Shown: positions 33,586-42,838, counted from the first letter of the stretch. The stretch: DNA of 61,520 nucleotides from Patescibacteria group bacterium (GCA_036266555.1 DATAMW010000030.1:1-61520); one strand, 5' to 3'. Notes: generated by a model from the letters alone, not told the origin. A program made the numbers and translations.

Positions 33586-34062
33586 ATGGAGCAAGTTAAA
33601 ATAAAACAATTGTTAACAGTCATTGGGGCATTTATTGTTGCTGGTTTAGTAGTGGCTGTGGGAACAGTGATCTATAAAAAATATGTAGCACCAACACCAG
33701 TGGCTATTAAATTGCCAGTGCAGCAAAAAGATTTGCCAGTGAATCAAGTGCCAGAAAAATTCCCTACAGACGTGCCAATAGAGACTGGCGCAACCATTAC
33801 TCAAAATTACAATGCCACAGCTGATGATGGTCGTTTTCAGGCCACTCGTGCTTTTGAAACCAACAAATCTTTGGCAGAGAACCTGACCCTTTACACAAAC
33901 TATTTGAAAGCTGGCGGTTGGACTCTTAACCCTGTAATTGATCAAGATATGTTTAAATTAATATCAGGCAGTAAGGGTAATCAGCAAATCCAATTTGCTA
34001 TGACTGAAAACAATGTGTCGCATAAAAAAACTGTGACTATTTCCTTAACTGAAATTAAATAA
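33586..34062 (+). CDS. Small N-terminally membrane-anchored protein, family member S2
   Basis: A TM helix, then VPEKFPTDVPIETGATITQNYNATADDGRFQATRAF. A close paralog of S1. Confidence 0.7.
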   Translation: MEQVKIKQLLTVIGAFIVAGLVVAVGTVIYKKYVAPTPVAIKLPVQQKDLPVNQVPEKFPTDVPIETGATITQNYNATADDGRFQATRAFETNKSLAENLTLYTNYLKAGGWTLNPVIDQDMFKLISGSKGNQQIQFAMTENNVSHKKTVTISLTEIK

Positions 34063-34066
34063 TATT

Positions 34067-34555
34067 ATGATGAACAAGAAATTACTTATTGCTGTTGGGG
34101 TTTTGGTAATCGCAGCTGCGGCTCTAGCAGCAATTTACTTTTTTCATATTAAAAAAAATCAACCAAAACCTTTTGCAGTTGAAACAAAAACTTTAGACGC
34201 TGCTGTTTTGCCAAGTGGTTTTCCAAAAAACATGCCAATCGAAGCTGGCTCAACAGTGTTGCAAAACTACGAGGCCACTACCACAGATGGCAGAAAACAG
34301 TCTACCCGAGTTGCTACTACGAACAAAACTTTAACCGCAGCACTGAAAGACTATTCAGATTATTTTGTGCACTTAGGATGGACATTAATTCCTAATACAG
34401 ATGCTGCAACCAATACTACTAGCGCCCTATTAAGATATCAAGATAGAATATTAGTCATTAGCGGCAGTACAAATGATGCTACAAAACAAAACAGTGTTTC
34501 TTTAACTTTGACTGAATCATTTGTACAAGCCCCAGCTAGTAATATTAAGAAGTAG
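34067..34555 (+). CDS. Small N-terminally membrane-anchored protein, family member S3 (more divergent)
   Basis: A TM helix, then GFPKNMPIEAGSTVLQNYEATTTDGRKQSTRVA...HLGWTL. Same layout as S1 and S2. Confidence 0.65.
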   Translation: MMNKKLLIAVGVLVIAAAALAAIYFFHIKKNQPKPFAVETKTLDAAVLPSGFPKNMPIEAGSTVLQNYEATTTDGRKQSTRVATTNKTLTAALKDYSDYFVHLGWTLIPNTDAATNTTSALLRYQDRILVISGSTNDATKQNSVSLTLTESFVQAPASNIKK

Positions 34556-34564
34556 TAAAAGCAT

Positions 34565-37500
34565 ATGCTAAAACAAAACTTTAAATTCATAACCACTAGA
34601 CTAGTCAGCTTGTTAATGACAGTCGCTATCTCTGCAGGAGCAATTACTGCTGGGACTTTTGTTGCGCCAAATATTGCGCATGCTAGCTGTAATCCAGCAA
34701 CTCAAGAGCAAGATTATCAATCTCCAACTGTATCTGTGTCTCAGCCAACTGGCACCTATACAGATCCTGGTACTATTAACATTGCGATTTCTGGCCAACT
34801 CACTTACTACTGTGAAGGGGATGTTCCTCCTGGCGGCGGCGGATTTGGTTATCAGAATACAGCCACTGCAGTAAATTACCGCATTACCCGTGACTCTGAT
34901 GGCACCGCGCTGTTTAATCAAACATGGCATTCCCCAAGTTGTGATGACCCTTTGGCTTGTCTTCCTGGACCATATAATATTTCCGATGGAGCCAATGCTT
35001 CGGCATGGGAATCAGGTGCTTACACCATCAGAGCTGATGTATATGATAATACCCTTCATTCCACTGGAGCGATCGTTAATACCAGCACTAATCACTTTAC
35101 AGTGCAACAAACTCCAGGCGCTCCCGGGTATGAAATTCGAGGTAGCCTAGGTATTAATAGTGTTAATCCAAATCCAGCAGACACATCTGTGACTGTAACT
35201 GGAACCGGTGTTGGCGGCTATTGGTCTCGCGGTGGACCACGTTGTTATCAAGGGTCTAACCGTTCCGAAGCGTTCATTCGCATGCAGTTAGTGACCACTA
35301 CTCCAGCTAATGGGCCATACCCTCCTGGATCCAGTGCCATTATTAACGCTGCTTACCACAATACTCCAGTTCCAAATTATCCGACTACTTATAAAGTAGA
35401 TGGAGTGAATGCTGGCGTTTATCCGTTAGCACTTAACGAGGCTGGCAGTGATGTTCCTGGAGACCCAGCTTGTGACACAGTGCCAGACCCAATGACCTAC
35501 ACATTTAGTTTCCCAATTAATACTGCGGGACTAAGCGGTGGCAATCATACAGTGACTGTGTATGCTTGGGATGAATCCACACAAACAGAAATTTCTTCTA
35601 CAACTACTTTTGCAGTGCAGCACAATGCATTAATTTGTGATGCAACTCATACTGTTCAAAGCGGTACCCCTGCTCAATATTCTGTGGGTATGACTGGTAA
35701 TCCATCTGGCACTATCAGTGTGACTATGTCGAGCAACCCAAGCGGCCCACAAATGACTAATAGCCCATTGAGTTTAAATGCTGGCAATAGTTTTACTGGA
35801 GTTGCTAATGTTTCTACTGCTGGCTTAGCAGCAGGAACCTATAATTTAACTTTCACAGGCATGCCTGGGTCTTTCACCTGTGCTGCCACTTTAATTGTTA
35901 CTGCAGTGCCATCGGCGCCACAAGTAGATATTAAATTTAATGGCAGTGATGCTCCTCCGCCACTAAGCTCTGGCACAACCAGTGGCACCATTAGTTGGGG
36001 GAACCAAAATGTAGTTGGTTGTACTGCTTCTTCTAGTTCTAATCCAGCTGGGCGCGACGCAGTGCTTAGCCCAGTGTGGAATGGTTCATATAACGTCAGC
36101 CCAGCAGGAAATGGTTCGCAATCTGTATCTGGATTACAAGATAACACCACTTACACTTTTGTATTAAACTGTACAGGTGTGGCAGGTAGCAATCCATCTT
36201 CGGACTCTGATAACGTAGTGGTCAGTATTGGATCGTCTGCTCCAGTGCTTAACCCTTCTGCTGACATTAAATGTAATGGCAGTGATGGACCATGTACTAT
36301 CCCAAGCGGGACTAGTGCAATTTTAACTTGGACATCCACCAATACAGCAGGCAATTGTACTATTACCAATATTCCTGGTGCGCAACCGTTAAATAATCCA
36401 AGCCCTGGAATTACTACAGGCAACTTAACTAACCCACCAGGCAGTTACGATTATACTATCACTTGTCCTGGAGTAATGGCTGGTAGCTCGCCACCTAACG
36501 GCACTGACAATGTGCACATCAACGTGACTGCGGCACCACCAGTTCAACCATTTGCAGATATAAAATGTTCTGACAGTCCAAGCTCGGGCCCTAGCGATGG
36601 TCCATGTTATGTAACGCGCGGATCTGTTGGCTATCTAACTTGGGCATCATCAAATACTACTAGCTGTACTTTGTCGGAAAATGGGCAGAATCCAGGTTTT
36701 GCATCTTTGAATCGCCCAGCACCGTATCACACTGATTCAATTGATGTTGATACTACATTTACTTTAGCTTGTACTGGTCCTGGAGGTTCGACTTCGGATT
36801 CAGTTACCTTCATTGCAGTGGATGGCAATCCGCCGCCAAGCGTTGATTTAAAATGTATTGGCGACAACGGGCAAACTTCGGATGGTCCATGTGCGGTGCA
36901 AAGTGGCAATGTTGGTCATTTAACTTGGACTTCTAGTCATGCAGATAACTGTACTATGAGTAGAGATGGCGGCGGCCAATCATCTGTGGCAACCAATCAA
37001 GGTGCTCCGGGTATGGCTACGCCAACGTTAACTGCTAATACCAGTTATACAATTACCTGTTCTGGACCAACAAGTCCAGTAGCAACCGATTCAGTAACAT
37101 TTACTATCACTCAAACACCTCCTCCTCCTCCTGGCGGCGGCGATGATTTTACTTTGGCTTGTACTCCAGCAGCAGTGACTATCCATCCTGGTGACTCAAC
37201 TGCATTCCAGATTAACACTACCAAAGTTGGTAACTTTAACGACTATGTAGTTATCTCTGTACAAACATTTATTCCTACGCCTAGTCATCAAGCGCAAATT
37301 AGTTTTAGCGGCAACAATCAAATGCCTTCTGCTACTACGACTGCGTTAGTTACTACTGATGGCACCACTTCTCTTGGTTCCTACACTGTTGTGTTCCAAG
37401 GTGATGGCGGCGGGATTAATAAAACTTGTAACGTAGTTTTGAATATTGTTGATAGTTCTCCTCCGCCCCCACCACCACCTCCACCACCTCCTGCAGCGCC

Positions 37501-38305
37501 GCGCGCGCCGTCAGTGTCTGCTGATGTATCGCAGTGTGGTAAGGTAACTGTGAATTGGAGTCCAAATCCTCCTCCAACACCATCAAGTTATAATGTGTAT
37601 CGTGGTAATAACTCGAATCCATTCTCTGGTTCTTGGCAATTAATTGCGAGCGTACCAGAACCAGGCCGTTCCTTTACTGATAACGCCCCGGCCACTAGTA
37701 ACAACTATTATAGAGTTGAAGCTGTCACCTCTGGAGGCTCAGCGTCTTCTGGAGCTGTCTTAGGCAACATGTCTCCATGTGTACCGAACATTAATGCTTC
37801 GGACAAAGATTTAACTAGTGTTTCTGGTTTAATTACTAAAAACTTTGCGTTACATCCTTGTAACGGTACTTCTGATGTAGCTAGTTTGCCAGTGAATACC
37901 GTGTTTGCCATGAATGATAAAGTGACTTTCCGCATCAATGTTTGTAACGATGGCCCTGGTGCTTTAACCGGAGTTACTGTTGCGGACACATTAAAGAATC
38001 TTACTAATCCAACTTTTAGTAACCTGTCTCCTTGTGTCACTGGTCATAGTTATAATCCGGGACAAAACACTATCAAATTTGCTTTGAATAATGTTGCTCC
38101 TGGTAATGTAGTGCGCCAAGTGTGTACTATTGAATTTACTGCGACAGTTACAGCACCAGCAGTAACAACCGCTGCGCTGTATCGATTCCAAAACATTGCT
38201 GATATTTCTTCTAAAGAATTACCAGTGAAGCGCGTGATGACTCCGCCATATTTGTTTAGCGTTACAGGCGGTGTTCCAGATAGAACTGAAACCGCGCCAC
38301 AGTAA
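34565..38305 (+). CDS. Giant secreted surface protein G2 (1246 aa), paralog of G1
   Basis: Signal peptide ending IAHA|SC. The head is collinear with G1 (for example ASCNPATQEQDYQSPTVSVSQPTGTYTDPG, RSEAFIRMQLVTTTPANGPYPPGS). Four B-type modules (DIKCNGSDGPC...), one or two A-type modules, a P11 tract, FN3-like and DUF11-like tail. Ends VPDRTETAPQ. Confidence 0.8.
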   Translation: MLKQNFKFITTRLVSLLMTVAISAGAITAGTFVAPNIAHASCNPATQEQDYQSPTVSVSQPTGTYTDPGTINIAISGQLTYYCEGDVPPGGGGFGYQNTATAVNYRITRDSDGTALFNQTWHSPSCDDPLACLPGPYNISDGANASAWESGAYTIRADVYDNTLHSTGAIVNTSTNHFTVQQTPGAPGYEIRGSLGINSVNPNPADTSVTVTGTGVGGYWSRGGPRCYQGSNRSEAFIRMQLVTTTPANGPYPPGSSAIINAAYHNTPVPNYPTTYKVDGVNAGVYPLALNEAGSDVPGDPACDTVPDPMTYTFSFPINTAGLSGGNHTVTVYAWDESTQTEISSTTTFAVQHNALICDATHTVQSGTPAQYSVGMTGNPSGTISVTMSSNPSGPQMTNSPLSLNAGNSFTGVANVSTAGLAAGTYNLTFTGMPGSFTCAATLIVTAVPSAPQVDIKFNGSDAPPPLSSGTTSGTISWGNQNVVGCTASSSSNPAGRDAVLSPVWNGSYNVSPAGNGSQSVSGLQDNTTYTFVLNCTGVAGSNPSSDSDNVVVSIGSSAPVLNPSADIKCNGSDGPCTIPSGTSAILTWTSTNTAGNCTITNIPGAQPLNNPSPGITTGNLTNPPGSYDYTITCPGVMAGSSPPNGTDNVHINVTAAPPVQPFADIKCSDSPSSGPSDGPCYVTRGSVGYLTWASSNTTSCTLSENGQNPGFASLNRPAPYHTDSIDVDTTFTLACTGPGGSTSDSVTFIAVDGNPPPSVDLKCIGDNGQTSDGPCAVQSGNVGHLTWTSSHADNCTMSRDGGGQSSVATNQGAPGMATPTLTANTSYTITCSGPTSPVATDSVTFTITQTPPPPPGGGDDFTLACTPAAVTIHPGDSTAFQINTTKVGNFNDYVVISVQTFIPTPSHQAQISFSGNNQMPSATTTALVTTDGTTSLGSYTVVFQGDGGGINKTCNVVLNIVDSSPPPPPPPPPPPAAPRAPSVSADVSQCGKVTVNWSPNPPPTPSSYNVYRGNNSNPFSGSWQLIASVPEPGRSFTDNAPATSNNYYRVEAVTSGGSASSGAVLGNMSPCVPNINASDKDLTSVSGLITKNFALHPCNGTSDVASLPVNTVFAMNDKVTFRINVCNDGPGALTGVTVADTLKNLTNPTFSNLSPCVTGHSYNPGQNTIKFALNNVAPGNVVRQVCTIEFTATVTAPAVTTAALYRFQNIADISSKELPVKRVMTPPYLFSVTGGVPDRTETAPQ
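37460..37492 (+). repeat. In-frame poly-proline (P11) tract in G2
   Basis: cct ccg ccc cca cca cca cct cca cca cct cct, read directly. Confidence 0.9.
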
Positions 38306-38309
38306 TGCT

Positions 38310-38338
38310 TTGACACGATCAATTGAAAATGGTATATT
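38310..38338 (+). promoter_or_regulatory. Sigma70-type promoter (TTGACA-17-TATATT) for the KH-protein/trmD/rplS genes
   Basis: -35 at 38310-38315, 17-nt spacer, -10 at 38333-38338. The palindrome ATTGCAaaTGCAAT overlaps the -10 and start site. Confidence 0.55.
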
Positions 38339-38410
38339 GCAAATGCAATAGAGGCTACAAGAAAAGGTCGAAGCCAAGCTCTCCTATAGCAGAAATCTAA
38401 CAGAACGAAC

Positions 38411-38791
38411 ATGGAGAATGATCAAGAATTTGTTGAATACATCATCAAGGCGTTAGTTGATAACCCGGCAGATGTTCGCACAGATCGTACCGTTGATGAA
38501 ATGGGTGTTCTAATTACCTTACACATCAATCCTGCAGACATGGGCCAAGTAATTGGTCGTATGGGCCAAACTGCTAAAGCCGTTCGCACCCTTCTACGCG
38601 TTGTTGGTGCTAAGCATAAAGCTCGTGTTAACTTGAAGATTGATGAACCAGAAGGTTCTCATCGTGGACCGCGCCGTGATTACGGTGACCGTCCTCGTAC
38701 TGATGCCCCTGCATCTGACTCAATGTCCAGCGATGACTCTCAAGCGCAAGCCGAAAGCGCCGCTCCAGACATGGATGACTTCAAACTTTAG
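38411..38791 (+). CDS. KH-domain RNA-binding protein (YlqC/UPF0109-like) with a basic/acidic C-terminal extension
   Basis: VEYIIKALVDNPADVRTDRTVDEMGVLITLHINPADMGQVIGRMGQTAKAVRTLL matches the UPF0109 KH fold motif (GxxIGRxG). It holds the usual position between rpsP and trmD. Confidence 0.8.
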   Translation: MENDQEFVEYIIKALVDNPADVRTDRTVDEMGVLITLHINPADMGQVIGRMGQTAKAVRTLLRVVGAKHKARVNLKIDEPEGSHRGPRRDYGDRPRTDAPASDSMSSDDSQAQAESAAPDMDDFKL

Positions 38792-38814
38792 TTTAAAGAT
38801 AAAAAACAAAAGAT

Positions 38815-38834
38815 CGCTGTTACAGCGGTTTTTT
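38815..38834 (+). terminator. Intrinsic terminator or attenuator
   Basis: CGCTG-tta-CAGCG followed by GTTTTTTG. Confidence 0.5.
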
Positions 38835-38842
38835 GTTATCAT
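38834..38842 (+). promoter_or_regulatory. Extended -10 (TGtTATCAT) 6 nt upstream of the trmD ATG (leaderless-type)
   Basis: TGTTATCAT at 38834-38842, ATG at 38849. Confidence 0.4.
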
Positions 38843-38848
38843 TTATAT

Positions 38849-39571
38849 ATGAAGAAAACAGCGAAACGAAAAATCTCAGTCTCAATAATTACTTTGTTCC
38901 CTGAGTTCATAGACCAGTACGCTGGTTTTGGAATTATTGCTCGGGCAATTAAGAATAAACTTTTGAATATTAAAGCAGTAAATCTGCGTGGTTTTTCGTT
39001 TGATAAACGTGGGACTGTTGATGATCGCCCGTACGGCGGTGGCTTGGGCATGGTGCTGCGACCGGATGTTGTGATTAAGGCGATTACAAAGTTGCGCGGG
39101 CGTGTGAGTGCGGCAAATGCAAAAAAAACGCGCGTGGTATTAATGACTCCGCAAGGGAAGCCATTCACGCAGGCAATTGCGCGCAAGTTATCTAGCTACG
39201 ACCATTTGGTGTTTGTGTCTGGTCGCTATGAAGGCTTTGATGAACGCGTGCGCAAATTCGTAGACGAAGAAATTTCCATTGGCGATTACGTATTAATGGG
39301 CGGCGAGTTGCCAGCATTGGTAATTACCGAGGCAGTGCTACGTTTAGTGCCGGGTGTTTTAGGGAAAGATGACTCTGCAGACAAAGAAAGTTTTACTGAG
39401 AGCATGCTTGAGTTTCCGCAGTACACCAAACCAGAAGTTTTAGAGGTGGCTGGTAAAAAATTGCGCGTGCCAAAAGTGTTATTGAGTGGACATCATTTAA
39501 ATATTGAACAGTGGCGCGCGGAAGAGGCAACGAAACGCACCAAGAAGCGTCGACCGGATTTGTTAAAATAA
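38849..39571 (+). CDS. trmD: tRNA (guanine37-N1)-methyltransferase
   Basis: ISVSIITLFPEF, DDRPYGGGLGMVLRPD, VFVSGRYEGFDERV and IGDYVLMGGELPALV are canonical TrmD blocks. Confidence 0.95.
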   Translation: MKKTAKRKISVSIITLFPEFIDQYAGFGIIARAIKNKLLNIKAVNLRGFSFDKRGTVDDRPYGGGLGMVLRPDVVIKAITKLRGRVSAANAKKTRVVLMTPQGKPFTQAIARKLSSYDHLVFVSGRYEGFDERVRKFVDEEISIGDYVLMGGELPALVITEAVLRLVPGVLGKDDSADKESFTESMLEFPQYTKPEVLEVAGKKLRVPKVLLSGHHLNIEQWRAEEATKRTKKRRPDLLK

Positions 39572-39572
39572 T

Positions 39573-40514
39573 ATGGCATCAAAAAAATTCACAGTTGAAG
39601 AATTAAAAACGCGCTTAGATAAATTTTTAGCTGAGCAGTTTTCGGATTTGTCTGGACAAATTATTTCGCGTGGTAAGATTCAGCGCGACATTGAACTTGG
39701 TGCAGCAAAGGTGAACGGCAAAGTGCAAGAGTCGCCAAAATTTGTCGTGCGCAAAGACGACAAAACCGAGTACGCGCCAATTAAAGAAGAAGCGCCTGGT
39801 CCAAAAAATATTCCTTTGGTGACTTTGTACAACAATCACGGTTTGTTAATTCTCGACAAACCCGCAGGCTTAGTAGTGCACCCAGGCGCAGGGTTTAAGG
39901 GAGACTCGTTAGCGCAGGCGCTATTGTATCATTTTAAGGATATTCACTTAGTGGGCGAAGAAGGTCGAAGCGGCATTGTGCATCGGTTGGACAAGGATAC
40001 CAGCGGCGTAATTATGGTGGCTTTGACCCAGGAAATGTACGAACACTTAAAAGATGCGTTTGCAGAGCGAAAGATCAAAAAGGAATATATTGCCTTAGTT
40101 AAGGGGAAAATTGAGCAGCAGCACGGCCAAATTGACGCGCCGTTAGGCAAATCCCAGAAAGATTTCCGCAAATATACCACAAATACAGCGGACATGGTGC
40201 GGGAAAAACCATCGCTGACCGAGTACTGGGTAGAGGGCTATTTTACCGATGGAGTTGACTTTTTCACCCTAATTAAGGTAAAATTGCATACAGGTAGAAC
40301 GCATCAGATTCGCGTTCATTTTTCTTCACTCGGATTTCCATTAATAGGCGATGAGCTCTATGGCGGCAAGAAAGTGATGAAATTCGGCCTCAACAGACAA
40401 TTCCTTCATGCGAAAAAGATTGAAGTGCAATTGCCTGACTCGCAATGGATTGAGGCAGAAACAGACATGCCGAAAGATCTGAAAGACGTTTTGAATAACT
40501 TAAAAAAATTATAA
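39573..40514 (+). CDS. RluA-family pseudouridine synthase (RluD-like)
   Basis: S4-like N-terminus, catalytic motif [15 protein letters not shown]-terminal GRTHQIRVH. Confidence 0.9.
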   Translation: MASKKFTVEELKTRLDKFLAEQFSDLSGQIISRGKIQRDIELGAAKVNGKVQESPKFVVRKDDKTEYAPIKEEAPGPKNIPLVTLYNNHGLLILDKPAGLVVHPGAGFKGDSLAQALLYHFKDIHLVGEEGRSGIVHRLDKDTSGVIMVALTQEMYEHLKDAFAERKIKKEYIALVKGKIEQQHGQIDAPLGKSQKDFRKYTTNTADMVREKPSLTEYWVEGYFTDGVDFFTLIKVKLHTGRTHQIRVHFSSLGFPLIGDELYGGKKVMKFGLNRQFLHAKKIEVQLPDSQWIEAETDMPKDLKDVLNNLKKL

Positions 40515-40515
40515 G

Positions 40516-40923
40516 ATGCCAACTGTAAAACATTTAAAATCCGAACAGCTTAAAGAATGGCCAGCTTTTGAAGTTGGTAATACTATTAAGGTACACAACC
40601 GAATTAAAGAAGGCGGCAAAGAACGTATTCAGATTTTTGAAGGCGTAGTGATTGCTCGCAAAGGCGGTAAAGGTGTTAACGCAACATTCATGGTTCGCAA
40701 AATCGCTAGTGGTGTTGGGGTGGAACGTATTTATCCTTTACACTCTCCAAACATTGCGAAGATTGAAGTATCAAAAGATGATAAAGTTCGCCAAGCGAAA
40801 ATTTATTACATCCGTGAACGCCGCGACAATGCACCTCGTACTCGTCGCAAATTAGTTGTTACTAAAAAGATGAAAGAAGCTGCTGCTAAAAAAGAAGCTT
40901 CCAAAGCAGCGAAGGCTGAATAA
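40516..40923 (+). CDS. rplS: 50S ribosomal protein bL19
   Basis: [35 protein letters not shown]...[17 protein letters not shown] is canonical L19. Lys/Ala-rich tail. Confidence 0.95.
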   Translation: MPTVKHLKSEQLKEWPAFEVGNTIKVHNRIKEGGKERIQIFEGVVIARKGGKGVNATFMVRKIASGVGVERIYPLHSPNIAKIEVSKDDKVRQAKIYYIRERRDNAPRTRRKLVVTKKMKEAAAKKEASKAAKAE

Positions 40924-40941
40924 AGAGTAATAAAAAAATGA

Positions 40942-40966
40942 GCCCCCGGTATTGCCGGGGGCTTTT
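40942..40966. terminator. Bidirectional intrinsic terminator between convergent genes
   Basis: GCCCCCGG-tattg-CCGGGGGC flanked by an A-run upstream and TTTTG downstream. Confidence 0.75.
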
Positions 40967-40980
40967 GTTAAGATCAGTAT

Positions 40981-41439
40981 CTATTTTAGGATCTTTGGCC
41001 TCTGCCAAAATTCGGTTCCGGATCCTAATTCTGTGATCAGGCCGTTTTTGTCCTTGCGAGCATAAACCTTCCAAGTATCCTTCCATCGAGTGCTTGCCCA
41101 GGCTTCGATTCCGCAGAGAGATTCTTGGCGAGGGGTGGAAACGGTTATTTGGTCGAATTGCTTTGTCCCTTTTTCATTGGCCGAGACGTAAAAAGTAACG
41201 TCGACTAAATCGAGGGTGAATTTTTTGGGAGTGTCTTTCTGCTCAATGCCTAGCCAGTCGTACAATCCAATACTTCTGGTTTTGACGTTAATGACTTCTC
41301 CTACAAACACGACATCTGCAGCGTCAAATTGTTGCTTTGTCGTTAGCTCTGGTTCTGCAAGCGTGCAGGCGTGTGCAATGTTTGCATAGAACATTGTCGC
41401 GAAAAACATCGCAACTATCATGATAATTGATCGTTTCAT
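40981..41439 (-). CDS. Hypothetical secreted protein
   Basis: Start set at ATG 41439 (GGAGG SD 7 nt upstream; signal peptide MKRSIIMIVAMFFATMFYANIAHA). No recognisable domain. Confidence 0.55.
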   Translation of the reverse strand: MKRSIIMIVAMFFATMFYANIAHACTLAEPELTTKQQFDAADVVFVGEVINVKTRSIGLYDWLGIEQKDTPKKFTLDLVDVTFYVSANEKGTKQFDQITVSTPRQESLCGIEAWASTRWKDTWKVYARKDKNGLITELGSGTEFWQRPKILK

Positions 41440-41496
41440 TTTTTTCCTCCGTTGATCTTCGTTGGTGCCAAAGACGATATACCTAGAGAGTAGCAT

Positions 41497-41521
41497 TAAA
41501 AAAAGCCCTCGACAAGCGAGG
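41497..41521 (-). terminator. Intrinsic terminator after sod
   Basis: On the minus strand: CCTCG-cttgt-CGAGG followed by GCTTTTTTT. Confidence 0.6.
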
Positions 41522-41530
41522 ACCTATTTT

Positions 41531-42133
41531 TTATTTAGATTCCATTTTATCCATACCAGTCGTGGAGGCAAGTTGTTCGGCTCCATCCCAGTTGAGGTTT
41601 TTGAAGAATGTGTCGATGTAGTCGGCGCGAGCAACGCCGTAGTCTATCATGTAGGCGTGTTCGTAAACGTCCAAGGCGATGAGCGGGGTAGCGTGCCAAA
41701 TTGGGAAGGCGTCGTGCGCATCACCAAGATAGTTGAACAAAGAGCCGGTTTGCCAATCGAATGCAGTCCATACCCAGCCGCGCGCAGCAATACCAGTGGC
41801 CTTCATATCAGCTTGCCAGTTTTCGAATGAACCAAAATGCTTTTCGATCTGCTGACCAAGCCATCCGTTTGGCTGACCGCCTTTGCCAGAAATATTACCA
41901 AAGTAAAGTTCATGGCTCTTAATGGCGTTTACCGCAAACGAGTAACCCATTTTGAGCGCGCGCAAGTCCGACTGAGTGGCATTGGCTGTGCTTAAGTCCA
42001 CAGTTTTTAATTTTTCAGTAATTTCGTTCGCTTTTTTGATGTAGCCTTCATACAATTTGTAGTGCTCAGTCATGAGGCGTTCAGACATGCCGTCTACACC
42101 ATTGATTGAGTCGAATTTTTTTGCTTCGAACAT
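41531..42133 (-). CDS. Fe/Mn-family superoxide dismutase
   Basis: C-terminal DVYEHAYMIDYG (the D-x-x-x-H metal-ligand motif), SHELYFGN, and an N-terminal ..TEHYKLYEGYIKKAN helix region. Length is typical. Confidence 0.8.
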   Translation of the reverse strand: MFEAKKFDSINGVDGMSERLMTEHYKLYEGYIKKANEITEKLKTVDLSTANATQSDLRALKMGYSFAVNAIKSHELYFGNISGKGGQPNGWLGQQIEKHFGSFENWQADMKATGIAARGWVWTAFDWQTGSLFNYLGDAHDAFPIWHATPLIALDVYEHAYMIDYGVARADYIDTFFKNLNWDGAEQLASTTGMDKMESK

Positions 42134-42165
42134 AGAGTTTTTATCTTAATTATTTTAATAGTAAC

Positions 42166-42194
42166 AAAAAAAGCCGCCGAAGTATATTCGGCGG
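42166..42194 (-). terminator. Intrinsic terminator
   Basis: On the minus strand: CCGCCGAA-tatac-TTCGGCGG followed by CTTTTTTT. Nearly identical in design to the terminator at 42793-42820. Confidence 0.75.
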
Positions 42195-42212
42195 GTTTCG
42201 TACTTGTCGTGA

Positions 42213-42740
42213 TTATGCATCGGCCATCTTGACTATTGGATTCCTCAACTCTGCATGGTCGTCCAGAAATTTATCGATTTCTTCGTCAAATGCTACAGAG
42301 CAATCGTTTTTCCGTATGATTATGGTCAACCCTTTCGAAGATAAGTTGACCCTAAATCTTAGGCGTGCTGATTCAAAGAAATGGAAAATTACATTCTGGG
42401 GTTCTTTGTACTGATAGCATCCGAAGCTCTTGGCATCTGCAAAACAAGAAAACACCGCGTCACGCTGTGTGTTGTCTAAAGATAGCTCAATACACAAGGA
42501 ATCTCCTTGTCCGGGCCACGCGCCTGTTAAGATTGATTCTTCCCTTGCTTTTTCCGCCTTATCTGACAAAGAGCCGATGTAAGGGAAATTGGTTATTAGA
42601 AACTGTATAGCGGAATGGTTATCTGTATCCAGTTTCAGATTAATAGATTCAATTACCTTGAGAATAGTCTGCTTAAGACGATCGTCAATGTCCCTATTCG
42701 ATAATTCCAAGAAACTAGCTAAAATCGGGTCTTTATTCAT
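42213..42740 (-). CDS. Hypothetical cytoplasmic protein
   Basis: 175-aa ORF between the peroxiredoxin and SOD genes, with its own terminator. No recognisable motif. Confidence 0.55.
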   Translation of the reverse strand: MNKDPILASFLELSNRDIDDRLKQTILKVIESINLKLDTDNHSAIQFLITNFPYIGSLSDKAEKAREESILTGAWPGQGDSLCIELSLDNTQRDAVFSCFADAKSFGCYQYKEPQNVIFHFFESARLRFRVNLSSKGLTIIIRKNDCSVAFDEEIDKFLDDHAELRNPIVKMADA

Positions 42741-42792
42741 AGTGCTCCTCCTCTAAGATTTATAGAGTATAGACCTAGAATTTGTAGATGTC

Positions 42793-42820
42793 AAAAAAAC
42801 CGCCGGAGTATATCCGGCGG
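42793..42820 (-). terminator. Intrinsic terminator after the peroxiredoxin gene
   Basis: On the minus strand: CCGCCGGA-tatac-TCCGGCGG followed by T7. Confidence 0.75.
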
Positions 42821-42838
42821 TTTGAGGACTCAATTTAA

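Noticed and set aside
29081-37622. Long antisense or alternate-frame ORFs inside the giant genes (for example 30946-31488 minus, 31513-31956 minus, 35839-36423 minus, 32200-32469 minus)
   Set aside because: They mirror the repeat structure of the + strand genes and are explained by the biased T/S/G/P codon composition, which suppresses stop codons on the opposite strand. They have no independent start or SD context.
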